Below are positions 23,887-37,353 of a stretch of DNA of 64,000 bases, piece after piece. Within the stretch, counting starts at the first letter, position 1. Every line of letters starts with the position of its first letter. Origin of the DNA: Vitrella brassicaformis CCMP3155 (lineage: Eukaryota > Protista > Chromerida); contig CDMY01000592.1 of assembly GCA_001179505.1 (NCBI GenBank), positions 248,001-312,000 on the forward strand. The letters are read 5' to 3'. A program made the position numbers and the translations under genes. The notes beneath the pieces were generated by a model, which saw nothing but the letters and a program-made list of their open reading frames with translations, was not told where the DNA came from and ran no database searches.

Positions 23887-24690
23887 CTACTGTTTGACCT
23901 GCCTCTTGACAAGCATCTCTGGCAGCAGTATGAGTGACAGCGGCATTCGCGGGATGTCCATGACCTCAATCAACTGAAGCTTCTTCTTGCCCTTCTTGCC
24001 CTTCTTGCCACCCTTACCACCTGACACACAGGCACCACACACACACACTACAGGGCTGCGCGCACTGTGCTGCCAATCAGGTCTCCCACCTTTGATTTTC
24101 TTCTGGGACGCGTCTCTGCCGACCTCCCAAACCTTGCGATCGTCACTTATTGATGCCTGCTTTAGCCTGAGACATAGAGGGCTGATGGATGGCTGGATGG
24201 GCCCTGTCTTTCCCTATACTTGTAATCTTCACTGTCGAAGTCGATGGGTGGCAGCAGTGGGGCCTCTTCAGGTCCCTCCTCCTCGCCCTCCTCCCTCTCC
24301 TCCAACTCATCCTCGTCGCCCTCGCGCTCCTCGTCGTCACCTGCACCAAAGGGCGACCAACAACACACACACACAGGCACACCTACGTGTCATGTCATGT
24401 GTCTGTCTGTGGTTGTGTGAATGTGTGTGGTCTGCTTGCCCCTTTGGCGCATGGTGGATATCGACTCGAGCCTCGACTCGGCCAGCGCCCCACCGCCCTG
24501 CAGCCATATGCGACGCGCGACATTCACACGGACGACACCGCGAGACAAAACACGAGACAGCGACAAAGGCAATGGTGGTGCGTGGCTGCTGTACGTATCC
24601 GTGGCTCACGGGTGTGGTGGGTGACTTGTCGAAGTCCGAGAGGGCGTCCTCATCGTCGGCCCCCGATGTGTCTATCGTCAGGTTTGCCAT
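23887..24690 (-). CDS. hypothetical acidic/basic low-complexity protein
   Basis: GT-AG bounded exons: MANLTIDTSGADDED.., poly-E stretch, GGKGGKKGKKGKKK..VKRQVKQ*. Confidence 0.45.
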
Positions 24691-25009
24691 CTGTCTGTGG
24701 ATGCACAGCACGGCTCGGCTCAACCAACACCTTACCTGAATCAACAGAGAGAGAGAGCAGTGCAAATCAAAGCGGCATAACTAACGGGAAGCCACCTGCC
24801 TGACCCACCTCCACGCACAAAGGTCGCCTCAACTCACCGTGGGGGAAAGGGAATCTGCGGCCAAATTCTGCCGATTTGGGATTCCTGCTTATCTGCCACA
24901 CCAGGCCCCTCCTCACAATCGTCCGGAATCAGGAGAAATAAGGAATGCAGCTAGGCTGACCGATCCTCTTAGAGTAGGGTTTCTTGGGTTCAGGGTTTCT
25001 TGGATTCTA

Positions 25010-25017
25010 AGCTCGCA
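25010..25017 (-). promoter_or_regulatory. TGCGAGCT motif copy 5
   Basis: AGCTCGCA 105 nt upstream of ATG 25123, in a divergent gap. Confidence 0.55.
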
Positions 25018-25122
25018 TTTCCACGTGTGAACCAAGTGAGTCATCTGCGCCAACAAGTGGACGAGTACATACAGTACCGTGCAGCAACTGCATTGGCACG
25101 TGTTGGGCGTCCGTCTCGCGTC

Positions 25123-27401
25123 ATGAGGCAAGTGCTGTTCTTGGCCTTGTGCGGCGTGTTATGGAGGCGGAGCAGCGGGCAGGCCAAGGAGTTCATCGAC
25201 ACCATGGAACACGACATACAGCCCGTCACGGGACAAACATTCGACGGCGTGAGCTGACAGCACACAGAGAAAGACCGAATCTGGCCACTGCTCCGCCTGC
25301 CTGCCTTTGTGCAAAGATGAGGGAGGGTAGCGACGCTTGAGAAGCACTCTTTCATGTGCTTTCGCTTTGTGTGCGTGTGTGTGTCAGGCGATTCGGAAGT
25401 TTCGTGACAGGAAGGTGTCGGCCGTGCTTTTCTACACCAAGAACAACGAGTGCAAGAAATTCATCGACGGGCCTTACAATGAGCTGGCCAAAGAGCTGAA
25501 AGGTCAGCACATGCACCTACCTCACCTGCGCACACACGCAAACATGGCAGGCAGATCAGATGGATCATCCTGTCTGTCTGTGTGCTCATCATTGTAGGGA
25601 TGATCAAGATAGCAGCGGTTGACTGCGACGACTGGCCGGTGCTGTGCAAGGACAGCAATGTGGACAAGCACCCCACAGTGGTCGTCTACCCGCCAAACCC
25701 CATACCAGCATACCCCTACACGGTCAGTCAGTCAGATGGATGCACACACAACACAACAAACACCACACACCAAGACAGCGGATGGACACTTTGTGTGCGT
25801 GTTGGTGTGTGAACGATATATCGGTCCATCAGGGCTCGTTGACCAAGAAGGATTTGGCGGGGCACCTGACGCGTCACATCCCCAGTAATGTGGTGGTGAT
25901 CGAGCCGGCCAAGATGGACGAGTTCCTCACCACCCACATTGCCGTCCCCAAGGTGCTCCTCTTCTCCAACAAACAGAAGCCGCCAGTGCTCTTCAACGCG
26001 CTGTCAAACGAATTCAAGGCAAGCATGAACATGAGCATGCGCCCGATTTGATTGACACACGGACACACTCGGACGTGCCGATCAGGACAAGTTGGACTTC
26101 GGGTTCATCAGTCAAGAGCACACGGAGCTGGTCAAGAAGTTCAAAGTGACGACCTTCCCCAAGCTGCTGGTCAAGCGTGTGGACAAGAAGGACGAGCACT
26201 ACAAGGGCGACATGAAATTCACGCCCATGTTCGAGTGGCTCAACGTCTTCTCAGAGACGTTCGTCAAGGGCGGCGGCTTCGCCGACCATGGGCCGGCCGG
26301 AGAGGCGGGCGCCGCGGGCGGAGCTGACGCCAAACCATGGTATGTATGTATGGATGCGTGAGTGGATGGACCGATGGATGTCGGGAGGGAAGCGTGTGGC
26401 TGGTGTGTGGTGGATGGGATGCAGGCTGGTTCAGAGCATCCCCGAGCTCACCAAGGCGTCGCAACACGATGTCTGCTTCAAGGTGAGGTCACGACAGTCA
26501 CCGGAGGGATACAAAACAAACACCAACACGAAAACGAGTTGAAGTGCTTGTGGCTGTGCTGTGCTGTGCTGTGTGTGTCATGTATGTATTACATATGCAT
26601 GCAGCAAAAGGGTCTGTGTGTGATATATCTGAAGAGGGGCGACACGTTGGCGGCCGACGAGGAGAAGATGCTCGAAGACCTCAAGGCCAAATTCGTCTCA
26701 CACTTGGCTGACAGGTGAGTGAGGTGAATGCCCTGCCCACTATAGATGACTTAGCCAATCCAATGAGCATCTATCTCCTGTCTGTCTGTCTGTGTGATGT
26801 GAAGGGGTGTGACGTTTTATTGGATGTGGATGAACATGGACGTCGAAAAAGAGTTCCACACGGTGAGCGCTTTTCCCTACCCCCAACACCCCACACCACA
26901 CCCCACACACACCATCTCCTTCATGGATGGATGGCCTTTCTGGTCTGCCCCTCTCTCTGTGTGTGCGTGTGCAGTTGTTTGAGGTAGAGAAGTATCCTTC
27001 AGTGGTGGTCTTCAACAACAAGAAGGACCGGAAAAGGTTCACCAAAATGGGAGACGACAAGGCAAGAAAAAACGACACTCACACACCTCTTTCTTCTCGA
27101 TCCACGAGACGAGCAACGTCCATAGTGCGTGTCCGTCGTGGTGTGTGTTGCATTGCGTTGCATTGCAGGATGCGACATCGGATAACATCAAGGATCTGCT
27201 CGACAAGATCCTGGGCGGCGATGCACGCTTCAAGAACGTCCCGGACATGCCCAAATGGGCCGGTACGCATGGATGCATACGTGTGCTGTGCGAGCGGCCA
27301 GCCAGCACCTGGAAAGGGGTGCGTACGATTGGCTATGCATGCATGTGTGTGTGTGTGTGTGTGCAGACCGAGCGCAGAAGAAGGAGAAGGACGAGCTGTG
27401 A
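25123..27401 (+). CDS. ER-resident multi-thioredoxin-fold (PDI-like) protein lacking CxxC, ending KDEL
   Basis: signal peptide MRQVLFLALCGVLW; IKIAAVDCD..PTVVVYP, PKVLLFS, FKVTTFPKLLV, YPSVVVFN Trx-fold strands; last exon ..KKEKDEL*. Confidence 0.85.
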
Positions 27402-28269
27402 GCGAATCAGTCCATGCGATGCGCGTGTTGTGTTGTCCTCACCGTACGTACGTGCAGCCCCTGATCAGTCAGTCGAGTCACCGGACACAGGCCTGCCTGC
27501 CTGCCTCTCTATTTATCTATCTATAGCTAGCTGAGGCGATCGATCGAGCGGACCACAGCGCAGCACCACCATCGAGTGGGTGAGTTGCAGTGTCAGCTCT
27601 TTCTTTCCCTGCCCGCCTGTCTGTCTGTCTGTCTTGTGGTGTGGGTGACGGACTACTCCTTCCTTTCTTGCCTCTATCTGCGTGTGACCGCCCCACATGG
27701 GACGACAAATGAAGGAGGAAGGTGTCTGCTCAGTCACAGCTTCTTCCCTCTCTCTGTGTGTGTGGCCTTCCTCCCTCCCCTCTACTAATCTCTCTCTCTC
27801 TAGCTCTTTCTGCGTAATTAATCGTGGTCCAGTTTTCCCTCTCTCCCTCCCTCGTGTGTGTGTGTGTGTGTGAGGTGGGTGCGTGGGCAGAGGCTGCGTG
27901 CGTGATGGCACGCTGCTGTGGTGTGGTGTGGTTGGCTAGCTGGTGACTTACCGACCGTCGAGCAGGTGTCGTGTTGTCAGGTGTGCTGTTGTTTGAGGCG
28001 AGTACATCCAGTCTATGATTGATTACTCTGGAGTTCGATCTGTGTAGATAAGAAAGATAGTGTGTGCGGCTCAAACAGACAGACAGACAGACAGACGGAC
28101 AGATGGACAGACGGTCAGATGGACAGACTTGCTGCCTGGCCGATGGCGTAATGCAGACAGACATCATGTGGTTATGTGATTACTGCATGATTGATCGCAC
28201 CCCTTGTGGGCGGTTTGTGTGTGCCTGCACGGCACGGCACCAACTGCATATCTATACCCCCCCCCCCCC

Positions 28270-28570
28270 NNNNNNNNNNNNNNNNNNNNNNNNNNNNNNN
28301 NNNNNNNNNNNNNNNNNNNNNNNNNNNNNNNNNNNNNNNNNNNNNNNNNNNNNNNNNNNNNNNNNNNNNNNNNNNNNNNNNNNNNNNNNNNNNNNNNNNN
28401 NNNNNNNNNNNNNNNNNNNNNNNNNNNNNNNNNNNNNNNNNNNNNNNNNNNNNNNNNNNNNNNNNNNNNNNNNNNNNNNNNNNNNNNNNNNNNNNNNNNN
28501 NNNNNNNNNNNNNNNNNNNNNNNNNNNNNNNNNNNNNNNNNNNNNNNNNNNNNNNNNNNNNNNNNNNNNT
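28270..28570. other. assembly gap (301 N)
   Basis: run of n; ATCTATA(C)n present on both flanks. Confidence 1.
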
Positions 28571-28751
28571 ATCTATACCCCCCCCCCCCCAACACGCACA
28601 CACACTCGCGCACTGATATCCGCACACACACGTGTTGAAGGTATGAAAGCATCGAGCAGCAACAGGGGCATGCAGGGCACCGCGAGCAGCAGCAAGGGAA
28701 CAGCAAACAGCACACACAAACCGAGCAAGGCCGGCCCATCTGTTCTTTCAC

Positions 28752-31700
28752 TCATGGCGGTGAGTACTCATCGTCCATCGGGGGCGGCTGCACCATCCAT
28801 GTGAATGGTTGTGCTTGTGTCTCCATGACGGCCTCCTCATCTGCCGACGGGCCGTCCATGGGGCGTGGGGGCATTGCAAGAGGCACCAGCTGCTGCATGG
28901 AGGCGGGCGGCAGAGGCACGGACAGACCGCCGAGATGACCTCTGACACAGAGGGAGACATGGGATGAGGTAATAGCTAACGCTGTCCGTCCGCTAGGTAG
29001 TACGTACCTCTTGATGAGGAAGTCCAGTTCGCTCTGCATCGCACGCCGACGGGCCATCTCTGACACCCACCAAACACAGACACATCCATCCCCTCGTCTG
29101 TCTCTAGCTGTGTGCCCAATCCACCCCACCCCACCCCACCCCACCTATCATGATGTCATTGGACTGGAATCTCGCCGAAGCTGACGCGAAGGAGTCCGGC
29201 GGGCTGGTGTCGGTGAACACGCCCTTGCTCCCGGGCAACAGCCGGCTCTGCTTCAGCGGGGGCAGCTTTCCCGGCGGCCGATGTGTCTCTCTCCCCATCC
29301 CATCTCCCCTGTTGATGTGTGTGGAGTATGCCGACCCAGTGGCCGCCAGCAGCGGGTGCAGCTCCACCAGATGCATTGGTGTGCGGGGCGGGGGCAGGTA
29401 GAGAGATGCCAGTGGGGGCGGCTCCTCCATCACCGATGCAGCCTGCAGGGGTGTGAGTAATCCTCTTCGCCCGCTGCTGCCGTCTTCTGCGCGTCGGGTG
29501 GTGAGCGGCTTGCTGACGTCATGGTGCAGGTGCTGGTGCACATACACGGGCTGCTGGGTGGACCTGCCTTCCAGCACGCTTGTGTAGCTCTCTGTCGCGT
29601 GCACCTGGTGGTCATTATCATAGCTGTAATCGTTTTCATCGCCGCCGAGCAGCCGAGGTGAGCGCAGCACATTCACTGCGTCGCCTCTCTTGATGGAGCC
29701 GACGAGAGGTGACTTGAGCAGCCGTGACTCGAGAGCATTGGGCGGCCCTCTCTTCGGCAGGCACAGCTGCCTCGGCGGTCTCGGCTTCTTTGGCTTCTTC
29801 GGCAGCTCCTCAACTGGCGGGGGGACGGGAATCGGCGGCGGCAGAGGGTGTGGGTGGGGCTGCCTCCGTCCGGTGTGGTAGACGTGGACGTGGTGCGACA
29901 CCGTGTACTGGTCCAGCACACACAGCGTCTGTTGGTCCCCCTCCTCATCTCCTTTCTTGTCCCTGAGGTGGGCGGCTTTGGATGACTCCCCATGATGCTT
30001 GGGGCTCTTCTGTGGCCGCCCGCCGCTCTCTCGCGTTCGTTTCGGTGGCCGGGGGTGGCTGGGTGCCTTCTCCACGGGGGCCAGCCTTCCCTTCGGTCGC
30101 GCCTTTCCTCCAGTGACAGTCACGTCATCAGCTGCTGCTGCTGCTGCTGGTCTGTAGGCGGCATTGGACGGGACAGGGAAGACGTCCTTGACGGCCTCTC
30201 TGATGCGCCGGGCGGTCTCGAGCTCCTGCCGAGTCTTCTTGCCTTTCCATGCTGCCTGAATCTTCACTGCAGCATCGTCGGCCTGCCTCTGTCTCAGCTC
30301 GTCTGCGGCATGATCTTCCTCTTGAAGCGGCTCGCCTTTGTCAGTGTCCGCAGCCTCTGGAACGGCGGCTTCTTCTGGTGCCTTTTGTTCTGGCTGTTGA
30401 TCCGCCTTGCGCCTCGTGTCGTCAAGTGTGTCCACCTCGGCCTCAAGAAACAGTGTGTCTGCCTGGTGGATCGGTCCTACCGCATAGTATGTGTCTCGCC
30501 CTTGTTCTGCCGTGTGCATGGCTGAGACGGTTGACAGGCTCTTGGTGAGGTCGCTGACATAGGCGCGTGCAGCCGCACCAGGAGCCACGCTGTCGCCAGC
30601 GGTCTTGTGCGCGGCTTCTTGTGGCTGTCTTGCAGACATGTCTCGCCGGCATTGTCTCCCCCTCCACACCTTCTGGATGGTCACGGCAGCTGAGGCCTCA
30701 CGCCCATCGGCAGCCGGCCTCGCCGTCTCATCAGCAGCATCCACCTGTGGCGGGGCTGCCTCATGGACCTGGCTCTCCTCTGGAGGCTGGTCATCCACCA
30801 GGGCTTCTCTCAGCAGCTCTGTGGCCTCCTCTGCTTGTGGTGGTGCTGGTGCAGTGAGAGTGGCGTCAAGAGGTGGAGAGGTAGAGGAAAGGGGCCGGGG
30901 GGAGAGGACCTTGCGGACCTCGTAGCCCCTGAATGTTCGCTGAATGTCCTTGGCCGCCTGCTGCTGCCGCGGCTGCAGTTCCCTCAATGTCTGTTCGGGC
31001 GCTGTGGGGTCGATCAGCTCGGTAGTCAGCAGAGGCAGACTCTTCGCGAACATCTCTTTCTGCCCCCTCAGTCTGGCCACCCGCTGCCGGCCCTTGAAGC
31101 CCCTGTAGCTGCGCTGAATCGTGACGGCGCTTTCCTGCCGCCTTTGCTCCTCCAACCGAGGCAGGCTCACGCTGAGGCTGAGGTTGGACGGTCCTCTCAG
31201 CGGGGCCCAGTCGATGTCGATCTGCGGCTCGTCCCGCTCCTCGTCCTCAACACTCGAAACGACGTCGAGGCCGTCCTCCTCGCCACCATCATGTGAGCGG
31301 GGCCTTGGCTCGGCTCGCCGGGCCTTCTCGGTGACGCGTGAGCATGACGATGGCGTGTCTCGCGCCAGGCAGGTGCGCACCCGCTCCAACGTGGGGATGT
31401 CGACCGTGATGCCGAGAGAGCAGTAGAGACCTACACATAACAAAACAGAGGGAGGGGGGGAGGGAGGAATATGCAGTGGGTTGGTTAATCGAGCATGGTC
31501 TGCCTGTGTTCTGCTCTCTGACCGACCAGTGCCGTCATCTTTCTGCATGGCGCAGTATTCGATGACCGTGGGCAGCCGCAGCAAAGCCATGGCCTCAACG
31601 TCGTCACTCGGCAGCGGCCACACCCTCCCCACATTTCGCCTCGTGGCCTCAAAGCGCGGCCGGAACGAGAACAGCAGCCTCGCCCTTGCCTCCTCCTGTT

Positions 31701-34700
31701 GTCCTTGGTAAGCTTCCCTCGCCGTGTCTCGCGCCGCCACCGTGCGTGGCGATGCTCGCTGAAATCCCACATCCAGCGTGCTGACCACCATGGGCTGTGC
31801 GGACTCCCTGTCTCTTGACGAGGCCGGCACTGACGTGGGCGACTCCATAGTGGTCCTGACGACCGTCCGTCTGGCCCGCGACGGCGATGTAGGCGATCGC
31901 GGCTTGGCTTCGGCGACTCTCGGCCTCTCAGGCGATGTGCGCGGTGGCGAGACTGTCCGGTCGCTGTCGCGAGGGGAGGTGGAGCTGTCCCGACCCTGCC
32001 GCTCACGCACCCGTCGGTGCCGCTCCGCCCGCCGCAGGAGGTTTTCTTTGTCGCGGAGGTGTTTCTCGAGCTGCCGGATGATCTGTGACTGCAGGGGGAG
32101 GTCGAGGGGTGGCAGGGAGGGGGGCAGGTACTTGAGAATGCGCGGCGACCGAAGAGACTCTGTATGCATGACATGCATGAGGCGACAACACACATGACGG
32201 ATGAACATCACCAGTCAGCCAGTGATGGTCGTGTATCGTCTGACTGACCAAGGACCAATCCCTCCTCGCTTGTTGGCTGCTGGCCCTGTTGGCTGGCTGG
32301 TGCATGCTGTACGCCATCGGGGGCAGCCGATGTCGCCGTGTGGCCCTTGCCGTCGGCTTCGTCATCATCTGGCAACATGGATGGCGGCGGGGCTCCTACG
32401 ATAGGCTCGGTCACCTTAGTGCGATTGTTGGAGGAAGCCAATTTGCTGTCCAACGTCTGAGTATGACAGACACATAGGTGAAGGCTGGATGGATGTGGGT
32501 CGTCTGTAGGTCCATCCATACCAGCGCGACGTCAGGAGCCAGCTGTGGTGGTGTAGGGGGTGGCCTTTCCACCACACCCATAGAGGGGATCTGCAGCTGA
32601 CGACTTGCAGGAACTGACAGACAGACACATACGAGAGAACGGAGGGAGGGAGGGACACAGGGCGATGGTCCGTGCCATACAGACAGGGCGGCTCCAGCAA
32701 GCTTAGCGTACCATCATGGTGTGTCGATGTGGTGCGCTGCATGCCCGGCACGACGAATCGGGTACCCGTGGCGGCGTGCTGGGCAGGCAAGGACGACTGA
32801 TGGCAAAACGGACGGACAGAAGAAAACGCATCAACCAAAATGTCGATATATGCGTGTTCTGGACGGTTGGCTTACGAGTATGTCCTGCAGGTCCTCTTCA
32901 GGCGGCGCGGGGCATTCCTCACCGAACACCTTCTCGCGCGTCTTGAAGTTGTACCTGCAGCCAGCCAGCCATCCACTCACCAACCCACCCACCCACCCAT
33001 ATGTGTATGTATGTCATTCATCGGAGAGAAAGGGAGTGGCAGCCAAAGACTCCACTTACTCACTCCCTGCCTCACCCACCAGTAGGGTACGAGTCCCCCC
33101 TCATAGAATTTGAGCCATGGGGAGAGGGGGTATGAGTGCTGGATGCTCTGGTGCCACACCTTGAGCACCGTGTCGAGGTTCTTCGCAAACAACTTGGGCG
33201 TGTACAACGTCTGAATATGGGCAGACACACCGGCAAGGTCAAGGCATCGCAGGTGCCATGCCGCTGAGCTGAGCTGAGCTGAGCTGAGCTGAGCTGAGGT
33301 GAGCTGAGGGAGACACTACCCACCCCACCCACTCGCACACACCCTCCCGGCCCACCTTCTTGACTCCGTATTGTTTGTGGTTCTGCCGTGCGCCCTTCCG
33401 GTGGATCTGACGACTGCACAACACAACCAATAGTCACAATGTGTGCCTCCCGTGCCTCTCTCTTGTTGCTTTGTCTTTCTGATTGCCTGCCTGCAGGTCG
33501 GGCAGAGTGCGTCCCCGCAGTCCTCACAGATGTAGGCGGACTCCTTTTCGTCGCATTGGAAACAATGCATCTTCTGAACACACACAACACAAACCACAAC
33601 TCACTCGTCCCCCCACAAGAAGATATATGTCCCCTCAATGAGATGAGTGAATGCTACTTACTGACCGATGCGAGTATGACGCCGTGCTGCTGCCTCTTGC
33701 CCTTCCTGTGGGTCTGCTCGAAACACGGCAGGCAAAACAGATCGGCGCAGTCTTCACACCTGCACACACACCACACCAGACCAGACCAATCCAATCAACA
33801 GTCCAGCGACAGACAGACACCTTCCTGGTCCAATTCACCCACTCACCGGACGACGGCAGCGTTTCCCTGGCACTCTGAGCAGACGAACTGCTCCATGAAC
33901 ACTGCAGGATGGTCTCGCCGACGGCCTGCAGACAGACAGACAGACAGACCCAGGCAGATAGCGACACAGAGACACACAGGGGGAGTCAGTCTGTGTGTCT
34001 GTGTGCCTACCTACCTTGTAAGTGTGTGGCGAAGAAGCAGAAGTTGCAGAGTGTATCGTGGCACACCGCACAGCTGAAGTCAGCCAGCGCAGACTCGCAC
34101 TCCACACATATCAGCAGCCCTGTCGGCGATATCTAAAAGCCCCACAAACAAAACACCACACGCCCATCCATCCATCCATCCATCCATCCATCCATTGCCT
34201 CTCTCTGTCCACTTTGCGAGTGACGTGCATACATACTTTCTTGAGGAATCCGATTCGGTCGAGCTCTAGGTGGACGAACAGCTTCTGCGGGTCCACACAG
34301 TTGTAGAGTGTCACCGTCTCGGGATCGTCCCTTTTCCGAAAGTATGCCTGTTCAATGGCCGCCTTGACGCGCGGCAGCAGGTAGGGCTCATACAGCGGGC
34401 TCACATCCAGCAGCGGGAGCAGGCTCTCAATGGTGCGTGCCTGTGCAACCGCCCGAGCGCCGCCTCCCCCATAGGAAGTAGCCCGCTCGACGGCGTCGAA
34501 TATGATCTCCTGCGCTCGGAACAGCCGGTTGGTCCGCCTGCGGTCCAGCTCGGCCTTCTCGATGGCAATGCGGTGGGCCAGCAGCCGGTATTCTTCCAGC
34601 GTAGGGAGCGTGCTGCAGTGCAATGAACGAACCGTGGTTTGGAGGAAAATGGGGAATGAGTGCACTCCACGTGTGGGTCGATTGGTTTGTTTGTTTGTCG

Positions 34701-35241
34701 ATATCTCACCTTTGTACGACGCCTGTGTGGTCGTTGACGAATACGGCGTCCCTCTCCTGCAGCCGCAGGAGCCAGCCCTCGTTCTGCAGGGCCAGCAGAC
34801 AGTCCCGGATGATCCACAGCAACTCGGTCTCCATGGAAGGGTCAATCGACAACAGCCTGCACACACACACATAGGGGAGGCAGCCAGGCCAGACAAACAC
34901 AAACACACATTCACCGCGCCCCTAGCTGCCCTCTCCCGCCAGCATTTTGCATTGAACACACGGCACCCCCACCCATCAGACTGCCTGTGTGTGCCGTGGT
35001 GCTTCCCTCACTTGGACATGGCCTGGACCACTTCAATGGGGAACTGGGGCTCCTCCTTCTCGTCCAGCACCGGTGGCCGGTGATAGGATGAGTGCGGCCG
35101 CAGCGGCAGGGGGATGAGGTCAGGAACCTCAGGGTGCGAGTGGAACCGGGGACGGTGGCGCTCGTAATGCATGCCACCAGTGCCATCCTCTGCTTGCGGG
35201 CCTCCCTGCCGCCCTGTCAGCGGACCGTCGCTGCTCGTCAT
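28752..35241 (-). CDS. large protein: CEP164-like N-terminal WW region, three B-box zinc fingers, WW domain, four IQ motifs
   Basis: SIDPSMETELLWIIRDCLL..GW; CVECES..C..C...CNFC...H, CSEC..C EDC..FC..C..TH, CFQC..CEDC..LC..C..IH; PWLKFYEGGLVPYW|YNFKT; IQ motifs IQRSYRG, IQRTFRG, IQKVWRG, IQAAWKG. Confidence 0.75.
33264..33308 (+). repeat. (CTGAG)n pentanucleotide microsatellite, intronic
   Basis: about 9 units with one variant. Confidence 0.9.
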
Positions 35242-35258
35242 GCGAGGAAAATGAAGAC

Positions 35259-35266
35259 TGCGAGCT
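35259..35266 (+). promoter_or_regulatory. TGCGAGCT motif copy 6
   Basis: in the 104-nt gap between 35241(-) and 35346(+). Confidence 0.6.
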
Positions 35267-35345
35267 TGGCCCCCATGTGGCCCCCGTCTTTCTCCCTTTT
35301 CTCCCCTCCCCTCTCTGGTTTATTGAACGCTGCTAGACAGACAAG

Positions 35346-37179
35346 ATGGTGCAGCCGCTGTCACGTGCCGACAGGATGAGCTACCTTCACGCCTCACATC
35401 AGGTGGGCGGCCGTGCACAGACAGACGTGCAGACGGAGCAGTCAGGCTGAGTCTGCGGATGTTCTATGTATGTGCTATCAGTAAGTACAGTACATCATGC
35501 CTGTGTGTGTTTGGTGTGGTGATGTGCTCCAGCTCATCCTGCCCGCCTACCTCAAGGCGGTGGAAGAACAGGTACATCTGTGGCAGCACGTGTGGCAGCA
35601 GCAGCAGCAGCACAGGACATTTGATGTCATCCTGCGTGCGGGCGTTGGCGTTGCATGATGATGGATTTGCACTGACATGGCCACAGATGGAGGTGTTGGA
35701 TCTTCAGCTGCCGCCGTTCCCATGGCGAGTCGGCTCACCTGCAATGGACCGGTTCCCCGAGTACTTCAGGGCAGATCCCGCCGGACTCGCACAGAGCAAA
35801 GTCCTCACAGAGTCCACACTCGCGGCAGCCACCATCATCCCGGCAGACAAGGCCGCCCTCCCGCCACTCTTTCCCCCGCCCCTGTTCCTCGAGGCGCTGC
35901 GGCTGGAAACGACAGAGACGCTCACAAGCCAGGTGTTCCGCTTCCACCCCTCCCTGCTGAGAGCGAGGGACGTGTTGGTCTACAGATACAAGGCCCTGCA
36001 CCCCCACCTGAGGAACCTGTTGTCCAAGCAGCGAGCTGCGTTGCCTCGTGCGGCAGTGGAGGCCTTCTACAATGCGTGGAAGGAGTTTGAGCAGAAGTTT
36101 CTCGAGGAGAAGGAGACACATGCTGTGGTCAGTCTGTCGGGCGGCAGCAAGCTTGTCGAAGCTTGTACTTTGACTGACGTACTCTCTCTCTGTCGCGATT
36201 TTCAGGAGGCGCTCATGCCGTTGGCGGACTGTCTTCTGCAGCTGGAGCCGCTTCTCGTGTCCAAGAAGAAAGAAGGTGCACGCGACTGACTCCAATGGGC
36301 TGGCTTATGGGTGACAGACAGTGGATGTGATGTCGGTGTCTCTTCGCGTGCAGCCATTTTGCCATGGCCTCGGGTGCAGCACCAGCGCATCTCCACACTG
36401 AGATGTCAGCCACCATGGCAACACACACGGCACAGCTCAAAAGAGACAGACATGCTGTGATGTCTCAACCCTCCCATCCATCCATCAGGTCTGGAAGGCT
36501 TCTGCAAGACGGTGGAGGTGCTGGTGGTGTACATCCTCGGCACGTCCAAGGGGAAGCAGCCCACTGACCAGGACCCCAAACTCATCGTAAAGATGCACAC
36601 ACCACACCATAAGCAGGGATACCCACCTACTTTATCCTCGATCGTCAGGTCATGACAGAGGCGATTGTTCAGCATGCGAAGCGAGTAGAGACAGAGGGCG
36701 CTGGACCGCACGGCAGTCCCTCTGCGGATGCCACATCCTCGTCTGATGCAGCCTCGTACGCGGACATCATTAAGATGCCCGCAGACAGGCTCAAAATGCT
36801 CGCGGAAAACCCCAAAGTGGACACGACACGAGACACACACCAACCAGTGAGAATTGAGATACACACATGTTGGTTTGTTTGGTTCATTCAGTCGTTGGCG
36901 TTGGCTGAGGAGATGGTTCGTGTGTTCAATCTGCTGATCAACCACTTCCTCGCCTGCAGAGACCAGCTGGAGAAAATGAACCCAAACCTGGTCGGTCTGT
37001 CTGTCTACTACATCAATTACCCTCTCACTCACGTCATGTGGCCACACACTCCTCGTGTGCTGGTGTTGGTGTGGGGTGTTCAGGAGCAGAACGAGGATTT
37101 GGTTCGTGTGTTGCGGCGGTACCACGTCACGTTTGCCAAGTGCCAGAGGTCATTCCTCGAGCCATTCAACCTTGTCTGA
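35346..37179 (+). CDS. hypothetical alpha-helical protein
   Basis: consistent GT-AG exon chain: FYNAWKEFEQKFLEEKE, SLALAEEMVRVF, KMNPNL|EQNEDLVRVL..EPFNLV*. Confidence 0.6.
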
Positions 37180-37353
37180 GTCAGTGTGTGCACTCATTTT
37201 GACCATTCATTCGTTACACGTACGTACATACAAAATGTATGTCCTGTTGACGTCCCGTATGTATGCCTCACAAGCCGACCCTCACAGCACACAGACATAC
37301 ACGATCTATTGACTGACTGACAAATGCATGCTGCCCTGCCCCCACTCCGTCCG

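Noticed and set aside
23830-23889. Possible read-through TAG after VKRQVKQ
   Set aside because: Downstream in-frame sequence is not convincingly protein-like and there is no homolog argument; treated as a normal stop
24731-24760. Pyrimidine tract + CAG directly followed by GTAAG (recursive splice site look-alike)
   Set aside because: Equally explained by an ordinary 45-nt exon using the upstream AG at about 24781
28064-28804. ORFs spanning the N gap, including a TM-like stretch at 28573-28755
   Set aside because: Created by Ns masking stops; the upstream gene already ends at 28752
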